Position numbers and translations under genes: made by a program
Source: a virus
Taxonomy: Duplodnaviria > Heunggongvirae > Uroviricota > Caudoviricetes
Length of the DNA stretch: 64,000 nt
Direction: 5' to 3' (one strand)
IMG/VR virus record: IMGVR_UViG_3300046804_001959
Notes under the pieces: generated by a model
Told to the model about the DNA's origin: nothing
The model's input: only the letters and a program-made list of their open reading frames with translations
Database searches by the model: none
In this document: positions 9,219-18,925 of the stretch, one piece after another
How positions within the stretch are numbered: position 1 is the first letter of the stretch
Layout: every line of letters begins with the position of its first letter

Positions 9219-10694
9219 TTATACGTGTTTCATCAGTTGCTCGTGAGAGTGACCGATCTTCTTCTGGAAATCTTCCTTCTCGTTCGGCTTCATGCCAGCA
9301 TACTTATCGAGTAGCTTAGCAGCATGTGCACCCGAAACGTGCTTCGAGTCACCGTGTGTGAAGTGAATCGTAGATCCGCCTTGCATCGATGTCTTCGCCT
9401 TCTGAAGTTGGTTGATGATGTGCTGGCCTGCTTCAGTCTTTGGCTTCTCAAGAACCTTGTTCTTCTGAAGAAGTTCGATCTTCTTCATGTGCTCAGGGTT
9501 ATTGTGCATCAGCTTTTCTTTTGTCTTCGGATGGATGGTAAAGTCCTTACCACCTGCCTTCTTCGGACGGCCGCGAGCTTCGTCGAGTGTGTCTGCGTTT
9601 AGAGAATCGATGAAGTCTTGCTCTTCCTTCGTCAGCTTATTAACCGCTCGAGCAATGCCTTTTTCACGCTTGCCCATATCTTTAAAGTTCTTCTTCGAGT
9701 TCTCATCAGAAGCAATCTTGAGACCGGCAGTAATACCTTGAGTGCCAATTTTCGTAGCAGCCTTGTTGATGTAACGACCCATTGTGGCCTTCGACAACTC
9801 GTCGAGCTGTTCGAACGATTCATCTACACCCTTGACAAAATTCTTACGGATATTCTTAGATGCCTTAGTATAACCCTTTGTTCTCTTGTTGTAAGTATCG
9901 GTATCGTCGTTAGCATCAGCATCAATGATATCTTTACGAGCTTTGCTTCTGTAGCTGTCAAGAGTCTTGGTTGACAACTCGTCGATCTGCTCGGCATCTT
10001 CTGAAACGATACGTGCACTCTTTGTTGAAGGATCGTTACGATAACGATTCAGCGCTTTGTATGCATTTGTTGGATGAACAGGAACTTTCTTCTTGTGGCC
10101 AAGAAGATGAGTTACTTCGATGTACTGTTTGTTCTTCTCAGCAGTCGACTTCGGCAAACCAGTTTTGTTTTCGCCTTCTTCTAGGTCGACTTCTTCTTTG
10201 GCAAGAGTATTGTTACCAAGACGATCGATAGCGTTTCTAGCTCCGACCTGTCTCTTCAACTTCTGATCTCCAGTTGCAGTCTTGCTCTGTGCTAAAGCCT
10301 TCTTAGAATAGTTCTTCAGAAGAGCATCAGAAAGCTCATCGATCTGCTCAGCTTCTTCCTTTACGCCATACTTTTTCTTGGCATCTGCAACAGACTTCTT
10401 GGTCTGGCGCTGGGCCTTCAGCTCAGCTTCAAGAGCATCGTCGATCTCTTCCTTGACTGGCTTCTTTTCCTTGGCAAGCAGAGCACGAACCTTGTCAGCA
10501 GTCTTCTTGTTTGCTTCAGTCGGCTCATCAGAAGTAGGAACATATCCTTCTTCCATGTCATCATCTTCTTTGCCTTCGTCTTCGCACTCGCACTTGGCGC
10601 AGCCGCATTCTTTGCACTTCTTGGCTTCGCCGAGAACACCGCGAACGGCGTCGAGAAGATCAGCACTGAAGTCTGTAAACTTTTTAGTAAGCAT
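9219..10694 (-). CDS. Lys/Glu-rich protein with an internal repeated motif
   Basis: 491 aa. A Cys cluster (CKECGCAKCECED) is followed by three copies of the module (E/D)AEQIDELS / ESFEQLDELS. Confidence 0.5.
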   Translation of the reverse strand: MLTKKFTDFSADLLDAVRGVLGEAKKCKECGCAKCECEDEGKEDDDMEEGYVPTSDEPTEANKKTADKVRALLAKEKKPVKEEIDDALEAELKAQRQTKKSVADAKKKYGVKEEAEQIDELSDALLKNYSKKALAQSKTATGDQKLKRQVGARNAIDRLGNNTLAKEEVDLEEGENKTGLPKSTAEKNKQYIEVTHLLGHKKKVPVHPTNAYKALNRYRNDPSTKSARIVSEDAEQIDELSTKTLDSYRSKARKDIIDADANDDTDTYNKRTKGYTKASKNIRKNFVKGVDESFEQLDELSKATMGRYINKAATKIGTQGITAGLKIASDENSKKNFKDMGKREKGIARAVNKLTKEEQDFIDSLNADTLDEARGRPKKAGGKDFTIHPKTKEKLMHNNPEHMKKIELLQKNKVLEKPKTEAGQHIINQLQKAKTSMQGGSTIHFTHGDSKHVSGAHAAKLLDKYAGMKPNEKEDFQKKIGHSHEQLMKHV

Positions 10695-10707
10695 TGGTTA
10701 CTCCTGA

Positions 10708-11145
10708 TTATCTTTTAAGGGTTGCTCTTAAGAACCACGCATGTTTCTTGTGCTGATCAAGGCGGTCTTCTAGAAAATTAACTAATCCGTTTTCACCATA
10801 TTTATCGGCGACGTCTCGTGCTGCCTTCAGGCTAATGAGTACCTTTTGGTTATCATCGAAAAGCTTCTCTGCCATGGCTACAGGAGTAGGGATCGTTTCT
10901 TCTCCCATCACGGTCGTCAGCTCATCGAGTCTCTTGAAGGATCCAGGTGCATAAGCGTTCTGAGCTCTGATCTCTTCGGCGAATGCATCCACAGCTCCGT
11001 AAACTTCAGAGTAGATGGTTTCAAACAAACCATGGTACTGATAGAAGTCAGGACCTTCTACGTTCCAGTGGAAATAGTGTGCCTTCAAATACATTGAGAA
11101 TGTATCTGCAAACGCTTTCTTCAGCGGTACTACGATCTCTTCCAT
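10708..11145 (-). CDS. dps: Dps-family ferritin-like DNA-protection protein
   Basis: FADTFSMYLKAHYFHWNVEGPDFYQYHGLFE and DQHKKHAWFLRA follow the Dps ferroxidase-site pattern (HW..G..F...H). 145 aa. Confidence 0.65.
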   Translation of the reverse strand: MEEIVVPLKKAFADTFSMYLKAHYFHWNVEGPDFYQYHGLFETIYSEVYGAVDAFAEEIRAQNAYAPGSFKRLDELTTVMGEETIPTPVAMAEKLFDDNQKVLISLKAARDVADKYGENGLVNFLEDRLDQHKKHAWFLRATLKR

Positions 11146-11438
11146 TAGTTACACTTCCATCTTCTCAATGACATTGCCTTACGAGTCGGTTTACCCTTCT
11201 CGTCTTTCATCGGACCTTTCATGCCACTCATACGAGCACAGAAAGACTTACGTCTCTTGGCATCCTTCGATCCTGGTTTAACTTTACCTGTAACTGCGGT
11301 CTGAAGCTTCGAACCGGGATTAGCACGACGATAAGCTTTTACACCCTTCTCAGTCATACCAGCACCCTTTTCGGTAGCAATGAAATGACCTTTCGAGTCT
11401 TCACCGCGTTCTATGATGAACTCTTTAAAGCCTATCAT
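11145..11438 (-). CDS. Small basic protein
   Basis: 97 aa, Lys/Arg-rich C-terminus. Confidence 0.35.
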   Translation of the reverse strand: MIGFKEFIIERGEDSKGHFIATEKGAGMTEKGVKAYRRANPGSKLQTAVTGKVKPGSKDAKRRKSFCARMSGMKGPMKDEKGKPTRKAMSLRRWKCN

Positions 11439-13036
11439 TCTGCGTCCTTCTCGATGTTTGCTTCACGACGAACTTTTCTCCAAGTCCATCCCTTCGGTGT
11501 ACGGACTTTGATCATACGAAAGTCTGATTCGACTTCTTTCTCTTCTTCTACCACGTCTGGATGCATCTCGAAACCTGGCTTGATGAAGATGCCGCATTCA
11601 TTGGCAGTCAGACCTACACCGATGCCAGCAGCATACTCGATCTCGAACATCTCGTTCAGATCTGCTTTTTCCTGGCCTGGCGTGTCCTTCTGATATGCTT
11701 TGACAAGTGACTTCGTACCTACTTCAAGTTGAGATGGCTTGTAAGAGTCGTCGATTACCTTCTTCTTGATCTGGTCCTGAGCGATACGGATCTGTTGTGG
11801 ATCCATATCTTTTTCAGGCTTGATGTTCTTTTTGTTACGCTTGATGTATTGAACTTCACCGCGCTCTTGTGTACCAGTCTCTTTATGAGCAGCGGTTCTG
11901 ATACCCATGTAACTTACTTTGCCGTGTTTGTTTAGTGGAGCAACCTTGTTACCTACCTGATCTTCGACAGATTCTGCTGCATCTCTGAACGCAGCTGCAG
12001 TCGGTGCACCCTTTGAGCCAGGCTTACGCATGCGTTCACCTGATCCACGCTTAATACGTTCGCGCTTGGCATGAATGTTATCCCATAGACCACGCTTCTC
12101 TACCAATTCGTTGAACGCTCCGTCGAGAGCATCGTGTGATGTCTTCTCTTCGCGAAGGTCTGCATCGAGTGTCCATGCTCTGCCTTTGGCGATGTAGCTG
12201 TTGACACGAGAGAATGCGTACTGTTCTTGTGTAACTCGTGCATCTTCGTCCCATGCAAAGAGGCCGCGCTCGAACACTTCTCTAAGTGTCGAGAACGGGA
12301 TGCCTGTCTTTTCGGCTTTCTTGACGAGTGTGGATGTAGTGGTATCTTCTGGAAGAACGGCGTTGAGCAGTCTCTTGAGTGTGATAGCCATCGAGTCGTT
12401 GTTTTCGCTAAGATGATCGATCGATTCTCCGATGATATCTACGAGTTGCATCGAGCTCTTATCGTTAAGGCTCTCTACGATACGATTGAACTCTTCGTTG
12501 GTGGCAGCAGGAGCGAGGTGCTGCAGCTTCTCTCCCTTGTTAAAGGAAGCGAGACGCTGATACTCCATCTTACGGATGCGTGGAAGCAGGCGACCAGCCA
12601 ATCTTCTGATCAGCTTCACCTTCTTGTCTACGACTTTGTCTACTTGAATCTTTTCTGCAGTCGTCAGCTCTGCATAAGGTGTTCCCTTACGAGAAGCAAA
12701 CCTCATCTTGACGATGTTACGAGCTTGGACAATGGCTCGAGCCTTCAGCTTTTCGTCTGAGGCGAGCTTATGTTTTGAAACTTCTTTGGCTCTCTGCATC
12801 TTCGGCTCTTTGGCACGAAGAGTGCGTGCTCTCTTCTGTCTTTGGACAAGAGTGAGAGCTTTCTTTTCAGCTAAGGTATCAGTTAGGACTACGGTATCCT
12901 CGTTGTGCTGGCGATTACCGAGACCTTTGAGCTGAGGACGGATCTCGATTCCATCAAGTGGTTTGCCAGTGACAGACTTACCGGTTGGTTTTTTCAATTC
13001 TTGCTTGTCGACCGGTTTTTTATTCTTATCTTCCAT
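11435..13036 (-). CDS. Hypothetical protein, Lys-rich, 533 aa
   Basis: Long ORF with no recognisable motif. Confidence 0.5.
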   Translation of the reverse strand: MEDKNKKPVDKQELKKPTGKSVTGKPLDGIEIRPQLKGLGNRQHNEDTVVLTDTLAEKKALTLVQRQKRARTLRAKEPKMQRAKEVSKHKLASDEKLKARAIVQARNIVKMRFASRKGTPYAELTTAEKIQVDKVVDKKVKLIRRLAGRLLPRIRKMEYQRLASFNKGEKLQHLAPAATNEEFNRIVESLNDKSSMQLVDIIGESIDHLSENNDSMAITLKRLLNAVLPEDTTTSTLVKKAEKTGIPFSTLREVFERGLFAWDEDARVTQEQYAFSRVNSYIAKGRAWTLDADLREEKTSHDALDGAFNELVEKRGLWDNIHAKRERIKRGSGERMRKPGSKGAPTAAAFRDAAESVEDQVGNKVAPLNKHGKVSYMGIRTAAHKETGTQERGEVQYIKRNKKNIKPEKDMDPQQIRIAQDQIKKKVIDDSYKPSQLEVGTKSLVKAYQKDTPGQEKADLNEMFEIEYAAGIGVGLTANECGIFIKPGFEMHPDVVEEEKEVESDFRMIKVRTPKGWTWRKVRREANIEKDAE

Positions 13037-13119
13037 CAGAGTTTCCCTTGGGCTTATCTGTTATTACAACGGGATTGCCGTAGCCTAACCGCAAATCTAT
13101 TTATAACAAAAGAAAACTC

Positions 13120-14457
13120 TTAACGACTAATTTCTTCCCAGTCAAACGAAGCGTATACGCTAGCACCATTAGTATCAGATGCAACAACTAACGCCAACTC
13201 ATATGGTGTATCGGTTAATCCATTTCTTTCTAATTGAAATTTAAATAGAGCTTCTTTTAACAGGGATACAGGTGTGGAACCTTGGTTAGATCCATTAGTA
13301 TAGCCAGATGCAACAATTCTACCACTGGTTACTGATGTTGCAGTAGTATTATACTCTACTGCCGAATCGGAACTAACGTTACTCCAACTTCCACCGGTTG
13401 TTGTACAGCTCTGAACAATAGACCATTTATAGTTGGCATTATTAGTTGTTGCCAATAATGAAAGAGCAGTGAGAATAATAATGGCATCTAAAGCGGTTGA
13501 TTTAAGCCTAATAGAAAGGACTGGATATGATGTTGAAGCAGTTGTAAGAGATCTGGGAGATCCAATTGCATGTCCAGCCGATTGTTGAAGACCCCTTAAT
13601 TCATAACCGCCCTCAGAGATAACCGACGAACACACTTGTGCCATCGTCGAAGAACTAGCAGTGGTTCCAGTATTCTTGATCTCATAGCGTAGAGGCAAAG
13701 ATGCTGTAGTGATATAAGTCGATGTGATCTTGTTAGCATGGTTGAAAGTATGGCAATGGATAATCTTGCCATCGATAACAAATCCCATACGAACAGAACC
13801 GAGACCCAACCACTCGATATCCATCCAGAAGATCTGAGCCTTCGAAGGATCGAGAAGAATACCTGATGGACAAGGACCGATACCTTGACCTGGCACATTG
13901 ACTGATGAACCTTGCAGAGTATCGTTTGACCAATCAGCCTGAGCGACCCGAGTCTCTACTATAGAACCACTGACAGATGATCTCTCTACGAAGTAAACAT
14001 CGGTTCCATCGATCTCGAGGTACATACCGTTGTTTGCACCAAAGTAACCTACTCTTTGACGAAGGTTTGCTTTTGGAGTGGCAGGAACAACCGTGTTGAG
14101 AATAAACAACGATTTACCAGGCTGATAAGAGAAGACTTTAGTCGTCTCTCTTACGATCTCAGCATTGGCAGTCGTAGGAAGATTTAGGTTGACTAGACCT
14201 TGGTTGGCACTAAATGCATATGTAGTTCCAGCTGTATTCGATGTATTCCATAGACCATTGTCTTTATATCGGTGAGACGAATCGAACAGCGTCAATGGAA
14301 CAGACATGCGAGCACGTCCGAAAGCATCGACTGCAACACCAGATGGATTAGCAGGACCTACTAGGTTTCCATATGGATCTGCCAACATGAATGCTTCGAA
14401 GAGCGTTACGTTGTGCGGTTGCTTCCATTCATGCGAGTCGATACGCCATTGTGCCAT
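13120..14457 (-). CDS. Hypothetical protein, 445 aa
   Basis: Long ORF, Ser/Thr/Asn-rich C-terminus. Possibly structural. Confidence 0.5.
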   Translation of the reverse strand: MAQWRIDSHEWKQPHNVTLFEAFMLADPYGNLVGPANPSGVAVDAFGRARMSVPLTLFDSSHRYKDNGLWNTSNTAGTTYAFSANQGLVNLNLPTTANAEIVRETTKVFSYQPGKSLFILNTVVPATPKANLRQRVGYFGANNGMYLEIDGTDVYFVERSSVSGSIVETRVAQADWSNDTLQGSSVNVPGQGIGPCPSGILLDPSKAQIFWMDIEWLGLGSVRMGFVIDGKIIHCHTFNHANKITSTYITTASLPLRYEIKNTGTTASSSTMAQVCSSVISEGGYELRGLQQSAGHAIGSPRSLTTASTSYPVLSIRLKSTALDAIIILTALSLLATTNNANYKWSIVQSCTTTGGSWSNVSSDSAVEYNTTATSVTSGRIVASGYTNGSNQGSTPVSLLKEALFKFQLERNGLTDTPYELALVVASDTNGASVYASFDWEEISR

Positions 14458-15068
14458 TAACTAATCCAGTTCTTAAATCTGACGATGAACGACTCATGAA
14501 TACCCATTCCCTTACGAACGTCATGGTACAGTTCATCTTTGTGTGCTTTACTCATTCCAGATGGTGCCATCTTATGGAATGACTCTTTGTCTCCAGCTGC
14601 AGCGTGCTTACGCATAGCAGTACCAGAAGCAGACTCGATTCCGCCTCCACCTTCCTTGCGTTCACCACCTACTGACTTCACTTTGATGCTCTTGAAGTTG
14701 TAGTGACCGTGACGTCCTTCAGCACCGTTGTACTTATGAAGAAGATCATGAAACTCTTTCACGCGATCTGAGCCGACATGCATGGTAACATGAGTGTAGC
14801 CTTGCTTATGCAGCTTCGACATCTGATGAAGTAGAGTAGGGTGATCCTTACTCATAGCCTCGACGTGTGCACCCTTGACAGCACGAGAAAGATGCTTGAC
14901 CTTCTGCTCAGGTGTTAGCGGGTTCTTCTTGGCATCATGAGATCCAGTCGTCAAGATCTTATGGTCTGCGCCTTCTTTTTTGGCAGCATCCATCACATGC
15001 TTGACTACCATCTCGTGGCCGGCATGGACTGGATTGAATCGACCTTGTGTGATATGAATGGACTTCAT
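14457..15068 (-). CDS. HxGH-motif nucleotidyltransferase (cytidylyltransferase / NMNAT-like fold)
   Basis: GRFNPVHAGHEMVV is the (T/H)xGH motif and IESASGTAMRK is the ISxTxxR-like motif. It overlaps the next gene by 4 nt. Confidence 0.55.
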   Translation of the reverse strand: MKSIHITQGRFNPVHAGHEMVVKHVMDAAKKEGADHKILTTGSHDAKKNPLTPEQKVKHLSRAVKGAHVEAMSKDHPTLLHQMSKLHKQGYTHVTMHVGSDRVKEFHDLLHKYNGAEGRHGHYNFKSIKVKSVGGERKEGGGGIESASGTAMRKHAAAGDKESFHKMAPSGMSKAHKDELYHDVRKGMGIHESFIVRFKNWIS

Positions 15069-16234
15069 AGTGCTTTGTCCCTGTTAAAGTTAGCAGCCGA
15101 GAACTCAGCACGATCAACGATCTTAGTAGGACGATTATGTCTTACAACAACAAATCCCTCGGGTTTTGATTTCTTTCCATTGATGCTATGATCAAACTCT
15201 GCACCGCTCGAGAGCGTATGAGCGAGAACATCCTTTGCCTTCTGCAAGTACTTATGCTGGTTGAGGATGTTCTGAAAGTGTGCACGGTTACGTTGAACAT
15301 GACTGATGGCAGCTTCCATCGCAGCGGTCTTAGCAGCCTTCGAAGCGGGAGTCTTGACTCCTTCGATCTTCTTCATGTGCGACTTCATGTAGTGATCCAT
15401 GAAAGCTTCTACAGTAGGCTTTGTACCTGTACGAACCGTATGGTTGATGTATGTCTTGAGAGGAATCTCATGGCCTTTGATAGCTTCGAAGGTTTCAGGC
15501 TTCGCTTGCTTATTAGCCTTCGCAGCGAGAGTCATAGCTTTCGCAAAACGTTCTTTCTGCTGAGGTGTGTACTTGATCTGCGAGAGATCATGATCGGTAG
15601 AGATGAGATGCACATCGCGATGCAGACCGAACTCGTTGAGATCAGGAGCGTACTCAGCTTGCATATCCTCAAGAGTCTTGCCGTTGTACTTCGTGTGTAC
15701 AGCTACACCTACCTTGGCATTCTTTGCAGCCTTGCCATGTGGAGAGTTGGCAGGAGTCGAGTATGTGATGGTGTTCGGTGTAAAGTGAACACGACCGTTG
15801 GTTTCATGCACATCTTCAGGAGTATGCATGATATCGCCTTGGAAAACACCCTTCTTTGGAGTCACCTTAGGAAGATGATGCAGAGCAGCCTTTAGTTTCG
15901 CTACCAGGCCTGGAGCATGGCCATGGTTCTTCTGGATATCTTCATCGGTATAGTTGATCTTCGGGTTCTTGTTGAACACCGACTTGGATGCAACGAAGAA
16001 TCGACCAGTCTGAGGATGGCGACCGAACACAACAGAAGGAGAACCATCATACTTCATGGTTACCTTCGTAGCGTTGTTCTTACCTGACAGACGATCGTGA
16101 ACGTCTTTCAGGTTATGAAAGGCATGAGAGAAACCCTCGTTGCCTGCATTGATCACGTGATCTTCAGCATGCTCGAGATGCTTGAGCACCTTCTCATCGA
16201 CTTCTTCTGCAAGGAAATTTCTAAAACTTGTCAT
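15065..16234 (-). CDS. KxDG-motif protein, possibly an ATP-dependent polynucleotide ligase or adenylyltransferase
   Basis: TMKYDGSPSV resembles motif I (KxDG) of covalent nucleotidyltransferases and of T4 Rnl1 (KEDGS). An EGFVVV motif lies near the C-terminus. Translationally coupled to its neighbours. Confidence 0.35.
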   Translation of the reverse strand: MTSFRNFLAEEVDEKVLKHLEHAEDHVINAGNEGFSHAFHNLKDVHDRLSGKNNATKVTMKYDGSPSVVFGRHPQTGRFFVASKSVFNKNPKINYTDEDIQKNHGHAPGLVAKLKAALHHLPKVTPKKGVFQGDIMHTPEDVHETNGRVHFTPNTITYSTPANSPHGKAAKNAKVGVAVHTKYNGKTLEDMQAEYAPDLNEFGLHRDVHLISTDHDLSQIKYTPQQKERFAKAMTLAAKANKQAKPETFEAIKGHEIPLKTYINHTVRTGTKPTVEAFMDHYMKSHMKKIEGVKTPASKAAKTAAMEAAISHVQRNRAHFQNILNQHKYLQKAKDVLAHTLSSGAEFDHSINGKKSKPEGFVVVRHNRPTKIVDRAEFSAANFNRDKAL

Positions 16235-16836
16235 CGTATTCTCTTTACCGATCCATCGTGGTTAACGAACCAAGCTTCGAACTGAATTCCTGGATACTCG
16301 TCAGAGAGTTCCAAGAAAGCCTTGAGGTTACTCATGGCATCGTCATACAGTCGAGTCTTAGTGTAGTTCTGTGTATTTAAGTATTTCCGAAAGATCACTT
16401 TCTTGGCTTCGGCCGAAGAGTCGATGCCAAGGTTACCAGCACGTTCGACATGCATCTCGTCGATAGGTAGACCATGATCACGGAAGGTCTGAAGGAACAT
16501 CTTCTTGTTGTCAAAGTCTGCGCGCGCAGTACAGATGATCGCGCGAGAATGAGGGTTCTTCTTGGCCTTGACGATTGCCTTGGCCTTCTCGATCATCTTA
16601 ACAACAGGAACAGAAGTCTTACGAAAAACAGCGGCCGATTTGAATTCCTTAAAGTCGTACTCTTCACCGGCTTTCCTCTTATATGTATTAAACTCTTGGT
16701 TGTCTAGCATTCGAACGACTTTGCCGTCCTTGACGACCGCAACCTTCGCCTTCGTATGGAAGAGCGTCTCATCGATATCGAATATCGTGAGAGTACCTGT
16801 ACCGATGAACTTTTTAAAACGACTTACTTTCTTCAT
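16231..16836 (-). CDS. HAD-superfamily phosphatase (Pnk 3-prime-phosphatase-like)
   Basis: IFDIDETLF is HAD motif I (DxDxT) and ICTAR is motif II. 201 aa. Confidence 0.6.
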   Translation of the reverse strand: MKKVSRFKKFIGTGTLTIFDIDETLFHTKAKVAVVKDGKVVRMLDNQEFNTYKRKAGEEYDFKEFKSAAVFRKTSVPVVKMIEKAKAIVKAKKNPHSRAIICTARADFDNKKMFLQTFRDHGLPIDEMHVERAGNLGIDSSAEAKKVIFRKYLNTQNYTKTRLYDDAMSNLKAFLELSDEYPGIQFEAWFVNHDGSVKRIR

Positions 16837-16852
16837 ATTCTCAGTCTACAAT

Positions 16853-16876
16853 GTTTTCGAAATAATGTACATGCCT
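16853..16876 (-). promoter_or_regulatory. Phage promoter motif (ttcgaaataaTGTACAtgcc)
   Basis: One instance of the recurring GTGTACA-containing motif, upstream of the HAD phosphatase gene. Confidence 0.5.
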
Positions 16877-17873
16877 AAATGTACTGCGTCGTGCTTTTTG
16901 GCGCTTTTGCTATCGCGAAAACACCGAGTCTGGCTTTGTTCACGAACAGAGAACCAAACTTGGCTCCTCTGTCAGAGGTATATCTGGCAAAGTAGATCGC
17001 CGTAAAGTCTCCGTCAGGAATATCACCGTTTAGTCCTTTGTGTAGAGACGTAATCTCGTACATCATGCCCTTCTTTTGCAGCTTCATGTTACCGAGATGA
17101 AACTCATCTACGTTATGAATACCACGTTGTGATTTTCCATAGTCTTTACCGTAGATAGCTCTGCCAATACCTGTATTATCTTTTACTACTCGTGCAATGG
17201 ATTCTTTTGGGGACAAACCTTCCGGTCTCAGAGCTGCTAGATCTTTTACGAACTGTACAGCATCGTTATTAGTATGATACCATGTGTCATCTGATAGCCC
17301 GCCGTACTGCTGAAAGTGACTTGCCTTCGTTCCGGCCTTATGCGAGATCCATGCAACTTGGTTGCCTTTGATATCGACTATCGAGAAGTCGGCCTTCGGT
17401 GCTCGACCTCCTGGATTCGGAGTACTGATGATTCCGGCACACTCTACGGTTCTACCACCGATCTTTAACTTGATAGAAGGAGTTTTTAGTTTTGCAAGCA
17501 AAGATTCTAGCTCTCCTCTGAACAGAGTCAACTCAGCATCTTCGGCTGCAGTACCAGATCCTTCTCCCTTACCACCAAAATCTGGTGTCTTATAGAAGTC
17601 CTTCGGATAGGTGACTGTCACCTTGACGTTAGTCTGAGCATGCTTGCCAGTAAACGTGGCCTTGAAACCGGATCCTTTCATCATATAATGAATGTCTTTT
17701 GGATCTACAGTCAGGTTGCCGATCTTCTGTTTCTTGTCAAGCTTTACTGGACCTTTAACTGTTCCGAATGGAGATTCATTCTTTATTTTTTCCACAAAGA
17801 TAGCGACGCGAGAACCCCCGCGTTTCGTCAAGTCGTTGTGTGCTAAGATCTTGTACTGAACTTCTTTCTTCAT
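16875..17873 (-). CDS. Hypothetical protein, 332 aa
   Basis: ORF with no recognised motif. Confidence 0.45.
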   Translation of the reverse strand: MKKEVQYKILAHNDLTKRGGSRVAIFVEKIKNESPFGTVKGPVKLDKKQKIGNLTVDPKDIHYMMKGSGFKATFTGKHAQTNVKVTVTYPKDFYKTPDFGGKGEGSGTAAEDAELTLFRGELESLLAKLKTPSIKLKIGGRTVECAGIISTPNPGGRAPKADFSIVDIKGNQVAWISHKAGTKASHFQQYGGLSDDTWYHTNNDAVQFVKDLAALRPEGLSPKESIARVVKDNTGIGRAIYGKDYGKSQRGIHNVDEFHLGNMKLQKKGMMYEITSLHKGLNGDIPDGDFTAIYFARYTSDRGAKFGSLFVNKARLGVFAIAKAPKSTTQYI

Positions 17874-17948
17874 GATCTATTTATCAAACAAAAGAAAACC
17901 GACCCGAGCATTGCTGCTGGGTCGGCCGTGTTACTTCTATTTATATTA

Positions 17949-18542
17949 TTAGGCTGCGACGAACCAGTCTGGTACTGGACGCTTGGTCCATGCCATCTTG
18001 AAACGATCTTGTTTCGTCTGATAGAACTTACGATAAGATCCTACGATATCTCGATAGTCCATACATTCAGGGTTGGCTTTCATGGCCAACGGCTGAGGAG
18101 TCTTTGGACCGATAGGGATATTACGAGGTGGGTTCTTCAGAGCTTCGCGAAGGAGCTTGTCAGTGCCATGAACCTTGCCGTAGCGATACGTGTACTCGTC
18201 GCAGAGTGCTACAAAGTGGACGTAGTGCCAGTTGTAGTTGTTGTTCGACTCTGCAGTCCATACCGTGCAAGGATGATGCATGTGCACAGCTCGATAGAAC
18301 GTTTCTTCGCGTTCGTCAGGAAGAATCCATGCCTTCGACATTGTCTTGCCAGACTTTGAAGGGATACGAGTCTGATGGCCATCGAGCATGCGATGAACCG
18401 TCGAGAGCATCTGAGCCGACTCGACGATCATCTTCACGACATGCTTGTCACACTGCAGCTGAGCTGCCTTGACCGGATCGCTATCAAGAATGAAGAGGTT
18501 CATAGTCCTGCCTTTTGTACCAATTCCTTGTAACCACGCCAT
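17949..18542 (-). CDS. Hypothetical protein. The N-terminus faintly resembles pyrimidine-dimer glycosylases.
   Basis: MNLFILDSDPVKAAQLQCDKHVVKMIVESAQML. 197 aa. Confidence 0.3.
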   Translation of the reverse strand: MAWLQGIGTKGRTMNLFILDSDPVKAAQLQCDKHVVKMIVESAQMLSTVHRMLDGHQTRIPSKSGKTMSKAWILPDEREETFYRAVHMHHPCTVWTAESNNNYNWHYVHFVALCDEYTYRYGKVHGTDKLLREALKNPPRNIPIGPKTPQPLAMKANPECMDYRDIVGSYRKFYQTKQDRFKMAWTKRPVPDWFVAA

Positions 18543-18925
18543 GAAGGATGGATGTGGTCTGGTTGCAACGAGTTTGTTTTGATAACAGTATCTGTATGCT
18601 CTGCGGCGATCTGTTGTACTGCAGCGTTCACTAACGGCTTACAGAACTTTTGATTACAAGGAGGAAGGATCCACACCACATTCTGAGAACGAATGCGATG
18701 ACGGATCTTGTTCAGTTCCTTGTATGTATTTACACCTGAATGGTCGTTCGTGCCAAGGCTGATAACGACCTTCTTGGCCTCGAGTGGAGTATTACCCCAC
18801 TTACGATTCCATTGCCATGTATTCCAACCACCCTTCGAATACGAAACGCATTCTTTGGGTGCAAACATCTTCGTGCCAACACCGATAGAATCACCGATGA
18901 TAAGACACGCCAATAGCATGCTCAT
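18500..18925 (-). CDS. SGNH/GDSL-family hydrolase
   Basis: Block I LIIGDSIG (GDSx) and block V DHIHP (DxxH). 141 aa. Confidence 0.65.
   Translation of the reverse strand: MSMLLACLIIGDSIGVGTKMFAPKECVSYSKGGWNTWQWNRKWGNTPLEAKKVVISLGTNDHSGVNTYKELNKIRHRIRSQNVVWILPPCNQKFCKPLVNAAVQQIAAEHTDTVIKTNSLQPDHIHPSWRGYKELVQKAGL

Noticed and set aside
17949-18542. Pyrimidine-dimer DNA glycosylase (T4 DenV-like) assignment
   Set aside because: Only a loose N-terminal resemblance (NLxxL..D.H...E.AQ). No clear match to the DenV catalytic Glu region. Kept as hypothetical.
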